Positions 10,381 to 19,447 of a DNA stretch of 64,000 bases are shown here, one piece after another; the first letter of the stretch is position 1, and the number at the start of each line of letters is the position of its first letter. This DNA comes from an uncultured delta proteobacterium (GTDB lineage: Bacteria > Desulfobacterota > Binatia > UBA9968). The position numbers and the translations under genes are program-made. The stretch is from NCBI GenBank assembly GCA_963745835.1, contig CAVUZH010000005.1, positions 64,001 to 128,000 of the forward strand. The letters are read 5' to 3'. Below the pieces are notes generated by a model. The model ran no database searches. It was not told the DNA's origin and saw only the letters and a list, made by a program, of their open reading frames with translations.

Positions 10381-10612
10381 TTTCTAGCACGATTCGCAGG
10401 AAGGTCAAAAGGCGTTCACGCCTTTACTCTGCTGAACCTGAACATCGACGCATGCGAGCCGTGCGGGAGCAAGAGTATAGGTGTCGTACGAAAATGATCG
10501 AGTAAACGATAAATGTTGGTTCGGTAACCGGACCCTGACTATCTCGACCGTTTAAGTCGTTGTTAAAGCTACGATTAATGACCGAAAGTCTTAGCTTACA
10601 TATGTCTTTAAT

Positions 10613-10628
10613 CGGCACAACCGTTGCT
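10613..10628 (+). promoter_or_regulatory. Sigma54 (-24/-12) promoter candidate
   Basis: CGGCACAACCGTTGCT = GG-N10-GC with GGCAC and TTGC, in AT-rich intergenic DNA upstream of ORF 10774. Confidence 0.7.
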
Positions 10629-10773
10629 ATCTATAAGGGAAGAATTGCAGAATTGATGACCGAAGAATGCAACGAAACCTGAACCGATGTGGCGAATATA
10701 GCTACTACAAATTCACCACCACTATTAAAACAGCGGCCCCTTGCTGTGGACGTGATTCCTCAGGAGAGATTCG

Positions 10774-11103
10774 ATGAAAATAGCGACCGCTTCGGAATAT
10801 GATGAGCAAGAATGCATCCTCGATGAGACATCACAGAGTTCGGCCGCCTATGCCGGTGTCGGCGATGATTGTTTAATCATAACGATGCCGCCGCCCGAAG
10901 TGATTGCCCAGTGGGACGGGCATGATGATTGTTGTGAGTTGAAGCGTATCGTACGTGATCTTCGCTGGACCAGCATGATCAGCGACGCGTTGGTTGTGCT
11001 GGCAATCACCGCAGCGATTTATTTTTCCCCGAGCCTCGACACCCTGCGAGGTCTTGTGGAAAGGACCGCCGTGTCCGTTGCCGAGGCAGCCCGAGCCCAC
11101 TAG
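10774..11103 (+). CDS. Hypothetical small protein, acidic N-terminus with one C-terminal TM segment
   Basis: AGGAG RBS, upstream sigma54-like motif, hydrophobic ALVVLAITAAIYF. Confidence 0.55.
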   Translation: MKIATASEYDEQECILDETSQSSAAYAGVGDDCLIITMPPPEVIAQWDGHDDCCELKRIVRDLRWTSMISDALVVLAITAAIYFSPSLDTLRGLVERTAVSVAEAARAH

Positions 11104-11467
11104 TCTCAATCCGCTTTAGTCTCCTGCATATCGATCCGGTTCCCAAGCCACCATTTGCTTTTAGTCCTTCGCACTTTGGTCCGCCTCCAAGGGTCTGCGA
11201 GGTCATAGCCAGTCGGTTCGAGCTGGCTCTACTCCTGCAACCGGCGGTTGTTTCGGTTGTAGCCGCTCGGCCGGTAGCGTAGAGACTCACCCCGTTCCTT
11301 CCTGCCAACGATAAATTGCGTCAACCGGAATGTCGGAATCGGGTAAAGCTTCTTTCTGATTTGATACGACTTGCGAAATCCGTTGTGAGGATCGGCGCTT
11401 TTGCGTATGGGCGTTGCGGGAATGAGCTTACCTATTCGCCGCCTCCAGGCAAATCGTTATCGAGAGC

Positions 11468-11502
11468 AAAAAAATCGGCCAGGCTTTGGGGGCCTGGCCG
11501 AT
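11468..11502 (-). terminator. Rho-independent terminator
   Basis: Perfect 11-bp stem ATCGGCCAGGC/GCCTGGCCGAT with a U-run following on the minus strand. Confidence 0.8.
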
Positions 11503-11577
11503 GCCACTGAACGGGGTGAGTCCAGTGGTGCCGTTCTTCCCGAGTAGCTGAGTTAAGGAGGCAGCGCGGGAAGCGGC
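11468..11577 (-). ncRNA. Putative 3'UTR-derived three-hairpin sRNA with C-rich/anti-SD loops
   Basis: Three abutting hairpins on the minus strand with loops CCUCCUUAACU, UCACCCC and CCCCAAA, ending in the terminator; a G-U pair in hairpin 2 favours the minus orientation. Confidence 0.55.
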
Positions 11578-11580
11578 GAA

Positions 11581-11784
11581 CTAATTTAGCTCAGCTCTGT
11601 TTGCTGTGTGATACCATTTCGATTTCGATTCATGGAGACGCCTTTGCAGATAAGTATCTTTCGGCCAATCCCAAATCCGGCCAGGCAGCTGCTCACCATT
11701 GTATGGCGCGCCGTTGACCTTGCTCTGAGAAAAAACGAGCTGCCAAAAACTTGGTGTTTCTAAATTTTTTTCGATGGTTTTCAT
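11581..11784 (-). CDS. Hypothetical 67-aa protein
   Basis: Strong AAGGAG RBS, upstream sigma54 motif, downstream structured terminator. Confidence 0.6.
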   Translation of the reverse strand: MKTIEKNLETPSFWQLVFSQSKVNGAPYNGEQLPGRIWDWPKDTYLQRRLHESKSKWYHTANRAELN

Positions 11785-11864
11785 TTGAGTCTCTCCTTAC
11801 CTTTCTTGCAGATGATCTGTCCTTTTTGCTCTGCTGAATGGGTTGCGTAGCTGGGTTCCGATGG

Positions 11865-11880
11865 AGCAGACGGCGTGCCG
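11865..11880 (-). promoter_or_regulatory. Sigma54 (-24/-12) promoter candidate
   Basis: Minus strand CGGCACGCCGTCTGCT (GG-N10-GC), about 80 nt upstream of ATG 11784. Confidence 0.6.
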
Positions 11881-12362
11881 GGCGTGCGAGATCCACTGCA
11901 CGTCAACTTTGTCGTGATTTTTGCCGCGATTTTCCCTGGATAGCTCCGGCAGCGACGACCTCTTTGAGGGTTTCTAAGGCTCATCGGTCAGAACTGCCGG
12001 CTCTGGTCTTCGGTGTCTTTAGGAGCACGCCGGCACTAGCAATTCATCTTGTTTGCCGCATATTGCCGCCCACATACGCCGGACTCATCTGGTGACATCC
12101 TGTTTGATTTAGCTCAGCAGCAAACTTTATGAAGCGATGACGTTAAATTGGCTTGCAACACAACCCGGTGATTCCGCTCGAATGCAATCCTTACGGATCT
12201 GAGTTAACTAATGGGCGTTGAAAAGTCGCCGCAGGAAAAAAGAAAGGTACGGCTAGAGCGTTTGTGCCGCGAAGCGTGCGCCTGTGACTTTAGCAGTTGA
12301 GGAGCTAGAGGGAGAACACTATCGCGGTATCTTAAAGCGATGCAGCCAGTGGACGCTCCGTT

Positions 12363-13358
12363 CTACACGTGATAGACATGCAGCGTCTCTTTCGCAAAAA
12401 GGTCATCCACTTTTATGTTCCGGTTGCTCAGGCCTTGTTCCCGGGAGTACCGGAGAAAAGTTTCCAAGGTATTACGGTTAGGTTCGACACCGTAAGGCCA
12501 ATAATCGTGCCCCATCAACTGTCTGGTTTCGTCGAGGTAATGGCCGGCCCAAGGAAGCGCGGCGTGAAGTGAGTCATTCTTGTAAAGAGTTTCAATGCAG
12601 TGCGTCTTGGCTTCGAGCAGCGCTTTGTAGAGGCTTTGCGCCACCCAGGGATGGCGTTTATAGATATCTTCGCGAAGGACCATTACATGCATGATCGGAA
12701 ATATCCCTGTGCGCTGAAAATGATCTCGTTCGGCCTCACGCGGATTGGCGAAGAGTCGCCGTACTTGCGAGAGCCGCTTCACATACGGCGCAGGCACCTG
12801 GGCTGTCATTAGGGCATCGACTTCGCCGGCCACCAGCATGGCGGAAAGATTCTTGCCTTCGGCGATGGCTTCAACTCTAATATCCGGCGGTAACTGCAAT
12901 GGCACCTTCTCTTTGCGGCCCGAAGATTCAAGTCCTCCCGTCAGCCATTGTACGTCTTGCGGACGGACGCCATAATCGTCTTGCAAAAAGCCCCGCAACC
13001 ATACAGTGGCGGTCATCTGCCACTCGGGCACACCGACGCGCTTTCCTTTCAAATCCTCAGGCTTGACAATACCGGCTTTGACGTTGACGTAAGCGCATGA
13101 GTGTCGAAACTTACGATATACGAAAGCGGGAATGCCAATGAACGGATATTCATCGCGCGCCTTGCCCGCCACGAAACTGCCCAGTGACATCTCGGCGGCA
13201 TCAAATTCTTCATTGATCCCCATGCGCCAATGAACCTCAGGCGGTTTATTGATCGTGACGAAGTTGATTTCCATTCCTTCCGCTCTGATGATGCCGTCGC
13301 GCAGCGGCCGCACAATATCATAATCACCGCAAGCTAAATCAATCTGTAAAACGGCCAT
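12363..13358 (-). CDS. 4,5-dihydroxyphthalate decarboxylase-like / periplasmic-binding-fold protein
   Basis: LACGDYD..RPL.DG, FDAAEMSL, FRHS, GVPEWQMTA, TGIFPIMH, DYWPYGVEPNR; no signal peptide. Confidence 0.8.
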   Translation of the reverse strand: MAVLQIDLACGDYDIVRPLRDGIIRAEGMEINFVTINKPPEVHWRMGINEEFDAAEMSLGSFVAGKARDEYPFIGIPAFVYRKFRHSCAYVNVKAGIVKPEDLKGKRVGVPEWQMTATVWLRGFLQDDYGVRPQDVQWLTGGLESSGRKEKVPLQLPPDIRVEAIAEGKNLSAMLVAGEVDALMTAQVPAPYVKRLSQVRRLFANPREAERDHFQRTGIFPIMHVMVLREDIYKRHPWVAQSLYKALLEAKTHCIETLYKNDSLHAALPWAGHYLDETRQLMGHDYWPYGVEPNRNTLETFLRYSREQGLSNRNIKVDDLFAKETLHVYHV

Positions 13359-13436
13359 GCGTGAACTCCTGAATCTTCGTTGGTTCCTACAAGGATAAAG
13401 CTGACCGGGACGGATGGAAATGTGTCCTCGAAAGAA

Positions 13437-14408
13437 TTACTTCCTCTCCTTTAACACTTCATCGGTTAGTGAGTAGTCCATAACCTTAGCTACCGGCACT
13501 GGCGTCGGGATCATCTGGGTGGAGTAAGCAAGGTCGTAAATATCCTGTAAGTCCTTTAACGGAATCTTGCCGTCCGGCGTTAGACCCTCCAGCCAAAAAC
13601 GATACGCTTCATCCGCGGCTTTAGGCGATAGTTTCCATTTATTCTGAACGTAATTAACCATCCACGTTTTCTCTTTGCGATTAAAATCCATCGAGTCGAA
13701 GAGAGCGCGAATGACGGCTTTGACGCCGGCGGGATCTTGTTTCAGTTTTGCTTCGCGGGTTGCAATGCCGCCGGAAGCCGAGCGCATATTGAACTCGGTG
13801 GCGGAAGCTATCTCACGATATCCTCGCTGCATCATGACAACGTTGTGAGGCAGGGAGAGCAGGGCTGCGGCTACCGAATTTTGGCTCAGCGATTGAACGC
13901 TGTTGGAAACCGATCCGGTTTGAACAAAGGTGACTCGTTCGGGATTTACACCTTTTCTTTTGATCAGATCTCTGGCGATGATGTCTTGCAGTGTTGCAAG
14001 CCGATCGACGGCAACAGTTTTGCCGATCAAATCTTCGGCGCGACGAATCTCCGGGTTGGCAATGAGCCAAAAGAGCGGCCGTTCATGCGTCACCAAAATT
14101 CCTTTAAAAGGCAGGCCGCGCGCGGCGGCGACCAGCGGCCCGGTGATACCAGTGAGATGGTCGATTTCACCTGCCACTAAGGCGGATGTTTGAACCGCTC
14201 CCGCCAGTTGGATCAACTCGACATCGAGTCCGTGCTTCTTAAAGATGCCGGCGTCCTTGGCAACAAAGAAAGTCAGAAAGGTAAGACTAAAAGCAGGGTA
14301 GCCGATTTTGACCTTCTTGAGTTCCTGCGCTCCGGCGCAAATCGGGGATGAAAGGAAAAAAACCAAGGATCCGAACAGAATTAATCTTGAAATGAATTTC
14401 CGTGCCAT
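13437..14408 (-). CDS. ABC transporter substrate-binding protein, NMT1/SsuA-like
   Basis: Signal peptide; VAKDAGIFKKHGLDVELI, ALVAGEID, DLIGKTVAV. Confidence 0.85.
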   Translation of the reverse strand: MARKFISRLILFGSLVFFLSSPICAGAQELKKVKIGYPAFSLTFLTFFVAKDAGIFKKHGLDVELIQLAGAVQTSALVAGEIDHLTGITGPLVAAARGLPFKGILVTHERPLFWLIANPEIRRAEDLIGKTVAVDRLATLQDIIARDLIKRKGVNPERVTFVQTGSVSNSVQSLSQNSVAAALLSLPHNVVMMQRGYREIASATEFNMRSASGGIATREAKLKQDPAGVKAVIRALFDSMDFNRKEKTWMVNYVQNKWKLSPKAADEAYRFWLEGLTPDGKIPLKDLQDIYDLAYSTQMIPTPVPVAKVMDYSLTDEVLKERK

Positions 14409-14466
14409 TGCGTCTGCTCTTTGTGCGGCAGTAAAGCTTCACGCCAATTTTGCTGAAACGGAATTG

Positions 14467-15456
14467 TCACCGATAGAGGCGCTCGATAAACCCTTCTTTT
14501 TCTATCTCGCGCACGACAGTATCATCAATCACATCATCGAGCGTAACCTTGCCGGCGGGATTGGCGCTGCGAGCCTGATCCAGTTGCGCTTTCATTCCGT
14601 CGCGTGTGACGTAGGGTGATCGCTCCAGGATTTTGGCTGTTGTACGGTAGGCGTCTTCAAGGTACGCCGTATTGGCCGAAGCATGGTACTTGGCGATGAT
14701 CTTTTGCGTCCCGTCTTTGTCGTTCTTGAAGTAGTGCGTCGCTTCAGTCAAGGCCATGACGAAGCGCTTTACCGTGTCGCGCCGTTTCGCAAGAAAGCTC
14801 TTGGTGGTTGCCGCACAGACCCATGGAAATGCCGGCGGTTTCTGCAGATCGGCCATGCTGATCAGAACTTTGTGCGGCACTGCTTTGCCGACCAGGTGAA
14901 TGCTCCCGGGCGGATTGATAAATCCCGCCACTGCGCCTTGGCTAAACGCGGCAATTCGTTCCGGCGCCCCACCGATTTGCCGCAAACCCACGTCATCGAT
15001 TGCCCTCAGACCCAAGCTTTTCAGCAGCTCGCGCGCCGCAACATCCGAGACGCTGCCAATCCGGCTTATCGCGATCGCTTTGCCTTTGAGGGCGTTTGCT
15101 GAGGTTATGGAGGGGTGGACCACCAGATCGAAATCGATGGTGTTGATGAAACAGGCAACGCTCAGTAGATCGGCGCCCTGTACGGCCGCATTGGCGACAC
15201 CGCTACCACCGGCCATCGCGATTGGCACATCCTGCCCGAGAATTGCCGCCGCAGTGACCGTAGTGCTGCCGATGTAAACCACGTCAACGTCGAGGCCATG
15301 CTTTTTATAGAAGCCTCGTTCTTTAGCAATGTTCCAGATCGCATTGGTGGCGCCGATGGACGCGTAGGAGGTCTTAAGTCTCTCTTGAGCAACGGTATCG
15401 TCGGTCACACCGACTGCAATAAGAATCACAAGAGCAGCTATTGAGATAAAATTCAT
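14467..15456 (-). CDS. ABC transporter substrate-binding protein, NMT1/SsuA-like
   Basis: Signal peptide; AKERGFYKKHGLDVDVV, LKGKAIAISRIGS, EKEGFIERLY. Confidence 0.85.
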   Translation of the reverse strand: MNFISIAALVILIAVGVTDDTVAQERLKTSYASIGATNAIWNIAKERGFYKKHGLDVDVVYIGSTTVTAAAILGQDVPIAMAGGSGVANAAVQGADLLSVACFINTIDFDLVVHPSITSANALKGKAIAISRIGSVSDVAARELLKSLGLRAIDDVGLRQIGGAPERIAAFSQGAVAGFINPPGSIHLVGKAVPHKVLISMADLQKPPAFPWVCAATTKSFLAKRRDTVKRFVMALTEATHYFKNDKDGTQKIIAKYHASANTAYLEDAYRTTAKILERSPYVTRDGMKAQLDQARSANPAGKVTLDDVIDDTVVREIEKEGFIERLYR

Positions 15457-15594
15457 TGCGCAGACGTACCTTTCGCGCGCTGCCCGTGGAGAGAATCAAT
15501 TCTGCGTTCCGACTTCAGAAGCCCGGCTGAAAGACCCGAACCTAATTTATGAGTCTGAATTCTGAATCTTTATTTTTCCCTAAAAGAGCTCGAG

Positions 15595-16557
15595 TCAGCG
15601 CAGCGATTTTCCAAAAACCTTTTCGATAAATCCCTCTTTGGCGATTTTCTCGACGACACTGTTGTCGATGACTTTGGGGGTCAGCGTTTCCGCATCCGCG
15701 CCTTTGACCGGCTCGAACTCCAGGACCGTAGCGACATTTCGCGCATCGACTCGCGGTATCTTCTCAGTAAAGCGAGTGACAATGCCGTAGGTTTCATCGA
15801 GAAAACTGGCGTCATTGCGCTTGAAATATTTCGCCAGTACTTTGAGAGTTGCCTCTTTGTCATTATTCATCTTGGCCACGGCTTCGATGTAAGCCTTCAT
15901 TGCGCGTTCCACGGTATCGGGATTCTTCTGTAGGAATTCCCGCGTCACTGCCATGACGTTCATGGCGAAGGGAATATCAAGGTCCGCCGCATTCAGCAGA
16001 GCGCGCGCCGGCGCTCTTGGCTTGACCGCGGTAACCATTCCGGCAATCTGCTTTTGTTCGAATGCGGCCTGGATCTCCGGCTGGCCGCCCAGCGGACGCA
16101 TGGTCGCGGACTGTTCCAATCCTAATTTGCGCAGAATCAACGTCGTTACGGTGTGAGCTGTCGAATTAAACCTTGTAATGCCAAGTGTCTGACCCTTTAA
16201 TTGTTCGGTTCGGGTGATGTCAGGATGAACGTACAAGGTCATCGGCGGACGATTGGTCATGGCGCCGATTGCCAGCACGGGCGCGCCGCGCGCCGCTGCC
16301 AGAACAACGCCGCTTATTCCGGGAGCGCTCATGTCGAGGCTGCCGCCGAGAAGCGCCTGGATATTCGTGCCACTTGAAGCGATATAAACCAGCTGAACGT
16401 CTAAGCCGTATTTTTTGAAAGTTCCGTACTCATGTGCCATCCAGATGCCTGCGACGGTGGGGCCGACCACGGAATACGACAACCGCAGGGGTGCCGCCGA
16501 AATCTCGCCCATTGTGCAAAACCAGAGCAGTGAAACCAAGGAGAGCAGCTTCATCAC
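15595..16557 (-). CDS. ABC transporter substrate-binding protein, NMT1/SsuA-like
   Basis: Signal peptide; FKKYGLDVQLVYI, QALLGGSLD, LKGQTLGITRF, KEGFIEKV. Confidence 0.85.
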   Translation of the reverse strand: MMKLLSLVSLLWFCTMGEISAAPLRLSYSVVGPTVAGIWMAHEYGTFKKYGLDVQLVYIASSGTNIQALLGGSLDMSAPGISGVVLAAARGAPVLAIGAMTNRPPMTLYVHPDITRTEQLKGQTLGITRFNSTAHTVTTLILRKLGLEQSATMRPLGGQPEIQAAFEQKQIAGMVTAVKPRAPARALLNAADLDIPFAMNVMAVTREFLQKNPDTVERAMKAYIEAVAKMNNDKEATLKVLAKYFKRNDASFLDETYGIVTRFTEKIPRVDARNVATVLEFEPVKGADAETLTPKVIDNSVVEKIAKEGFIEKVFGKSLR

Positions 16558-16618
16558 GCTTTAACTCATCCCAAAGGAAGAAAATACCGGTCAGAGAATC
16601 TTTCGAATGGGGCCTCGC

Positions 16619-16652
16619 GCGAGCGGGCCCGTTCACCGACGGACCCGCTCGC
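16619..16652 (-). other. GC-rich intergenic hairpin (mRNA stabiliser or atypical terminator)
   Basis: 14-bp stem GCGAGCGGGUCCGU/ACGGGCCCGCUCGC with one G-U on the minus strand, 20 nt after the hydrolase stop; no U-tract. Confidence 0.55.
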
Positions 16653-16672
16653 ATCTAATTTCGTAGAGAAGC

Positions 16673-17546
16673 TTAGGCCTTGAGATGTTTCTTTAAGAAT
16701 TCTTGGGTTCGGTCCCATGCTTCGCGGGCCGCTGCTGCGTTGTAGCGCTCCGGATTAGTGTCGTTATTAAAGGCGTGCTGCGCGCCCGGATAAATCTTAT
16801 GATCGTACGTCTTATTGTACTTCCTCATGGCGGCTTCGGTATCCGGAATGCTTTTGTTAACGCCCGGATCCTTTTCACCGTAGTGCGCCATAATCGGGGT
16901 TTTTATGCTTTGCAGCCGATCCGGTTCCGGACTTCGGCCATAATAAACCACCGCCGCCCTGAGCGCCGGAACCTGAGTAACCGTCGCAAACGTCACTTCC
17001 CCTCCCCAGCAAAACCCTACCATGCCGATTCGATCGCCGCGGACATCGGGAAGGACTCGCAGATATTGAACTCCTGCTTGAGTATCTTCCGCAACGTTTT
17101 GCCAGGGCGCCAGTTCACGAATGTTCGACAAGCCGCCACCTTTCGGATTGGCTTTGGCCGTGCCGCCCTGGCGCGACAGGTAATCGGGGGCCAAAGCGAC
17201 ATAGCCTTCTTTGACGAAACGACGGGCCACATCGTGAATATGATCGTTGAGACCGGCGTTTTCATGAACCACTATGACTGCAGGGTATTTCCCAGCTTTT
17301 ACGCGGGCGAGCCAGATAAGCGAAGATTGGCCCGACTTTGCCTTCGTATTGAACATTGTGGGTGAGGATATCGGGATCGTTGGGCGGTACTTGGGCTGCA
17401 ACTGCAGCGGAAGGGAGAAGACTGGCGATCAAGCTGTTTGCCGCAGCTAAGCTCCCGGTAGCGATAATCGCTTGTCGCATGAATTCCCGCCGCGACAATT
17501 TACCCTGCTGATATTCGCGCAACAGTTCTCTTATCTTCTCGGCCAT
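16673..17546 (-). CDS. Dienelactone hydrolase family protein (YghX-like), one frameshift near 17300
   Basis: N-terminal part (LSRREF..AAQV..FAYLARP) in ORF 17262-17546 joins PAVIVVHEN, GFCWGG nucleophile motif and YPGAQHAF in ORF 16673-17401. Confidence 0.82.
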
Positions 17547-17855
17547 AAGATCTCCTTTGCTGAGTTTTTATCAAGCATTCATTCGGCTCCGCGTGCAACC
17601 TATATATTGATCCGAACAGCAAGGTCAAGGTGTTTCCTGGTTTGTTTCCGTGGATCGTTCCCAGTGCCGAATTGGTTCCATGCCGGACCTCGTAAAACCC
17701 TCGATCCGATGATTGACCCCTATGGTTTAGATCTGCCAGTCGTCTAAAAAGACAAAGCCGTGCGTGCAAAGGGCTGATAATTTGGTATCATTGAACCAGT
17801 GCTTCTACGGATATCGCATGAATTAACGATTGACTGCAACAAAAGGAGGAGCGAA

Positions 17856-18829
17856 ATGATGCAGAAACTCTTTGTGCTTATCATCAGCTTTCTTGTTGTC
17901 GCGCTATCGTCGGCAAACGCGCAAAATTATCCGACCAAGGTCGTCACCATGATTGTACCTTTTGCGGCCGGTGGACCGACCGACACTGTGGCTAGGTTGC
18001 TGGGTGGGCCGATGACCAAGACGCTGAAGCAGCAAATCATCGTCGAGAATGTCGGCGGCGCTGGAGGCACGATCGCCGCGAACAGGGTAGCCAAGGCAAC
18101 ACCCGACGGTTACACCATTTTGATACATCACATCGGCATGTCGACTGCCCCGGCGCTGTACCGCAAGCTGGCTTACAACCCGCTTACTGATTTCGAACAC
18201 ATTGGCCTGATCAATGAGGTGCCGATGACTCTTGTGGCAAAAAAGGATTTTCCGCCAAAGATCTCAAGGAGCTAATCGCCTATGTGAAAGCTAACAAGAA
18301 CAAGGTTAATTACGCCAATGCCGGTGTGGGTGCCGCCTCGCATCTATGCGGTATGATCTTTATGAGCGCGATCCAGACAGAAGTGACCACGATTCCCTAC
18401 AGCGGTACGGCCCCGGCGATGAACGATCTTCTCGGCGGCCAGGTAGACTTTATGTGCGACCAGACCACCAACACGACCAGCCAGATCAAAGCGGAAAAGA
18501 TCAAGGTCTATGGCGTGACAACTAAAAAGCGCGTGCCTTCTCTGCCCAACGTACCGACCATGGATGAGGCTGGGTTAAAAGATTTTGAGGTTTCGATCTG
18601 GCATGCTCTCTATGCGCCGAAGGGGACGCCCAAACCGGTTATCGATACTTTAACGAAAGCTCTCCAGGTCGCACTAAAAGACTCGACGGTTAAACAGCGC
18701 TTTGGTGACCTGGGGACGGAACCGGTCAGCGAGGATCGTGCCACGCCGGAAGCGTTGCGCAAACACCTCAAATCTGAAATCGACAGATGGGGACCCATCA
18801 TCAAGAAAGCCGGTGTGTACGCAGACTAA
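17856..18829 (+). CDS. tctC: Tripartite tricarboxylate transporter substrate-binding protein (Bug/TctC), frameshift near 18260
   Basis: YPTK.VTMIVPFAAGGPTD, ENVGGAGG, PDGYT, then PYSG.APAMNDLLGGQVD and PKGTP; AGGAGG RBS. Confidence 0.88.
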
Positions 18830-18850
18830 CGGGATCTAATTACAAGACCG

Positions 18851-18883
18851 AAAAAAGGCCGGGCATATGCCCGGCCTTTTTTT
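18851..18883 (+). terminator. Bidirectional intrinsic terminator between tctC and tctB
   Basis: Perfect palindrome AAAAAAGGCCGGGCATATGCCCGGCCTTTTTT. Confidence 0.85.
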
Positions 18884-18960
18884 CTTTACATATTGTTGTA
18901 GAAGGCGGCTTGATCATTGCGCACCCGAGGAGGCTTTCTGCAACAACCAGACGACTTCTC

Positions 18961-19417
18961 ATGATCCGCAGCACCAGAGATTTTTGGACCGGCGCGATTT
19001 ACGTTTTGATCGGTTTGAGCGCTGTCCTGATTGCACGCGACTACGGCATGGGTAGCGCGCGTGAGAATGGGCCCGGCTTATTTTCCTACCCTCCTCGGAA
19101 TCCTATTGATGATTGTCGGGGCGATCGCTCTGATTCGCTCGTTTATCGTACCCGGCATCCCGATCGGCGCGTTCGCCATCAAGGGCCTCTTGCTGGTTGT
19201 TTCTTCGGTGTTCCTATTCGGCTTTATCGTACGAGAAGCCGGGCTGATCATTGCCTTGCCGCTCCTGGTGATTATCAGCGCCTTTGCCAGCAGCCACTTT
19301 CGCTGGGTGCCGACGATTGCGTTGGCAGCCGGACTCACGGTTTTTTGCGCTCTCGTGTTCATCAAGGGATTGGGTGTGCCTTTGCCACTTATCGGGTCGT
19401 GGTTCGGCGGCGGTTGA
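18961..19417 (+). CDS. tctB: Tripartite tricarboxylate transporter TctB, frameshift near 19060
   Basis: MIRSTRDFWTG..DYGMGSA joins RMGPAYFP..KGLGVPLP; four TM segments. Confidence 0.82.
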
Positions 19418-19447
19418 TGCGCTGTCATCGCTAAACAGAAGTCTCTT

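Noticed and set aside
15510-15570. TCTGAAT-type short repeats between SBP genes
   Set aside because: Only two adjacent copies and weak pairing; not enough to call an element
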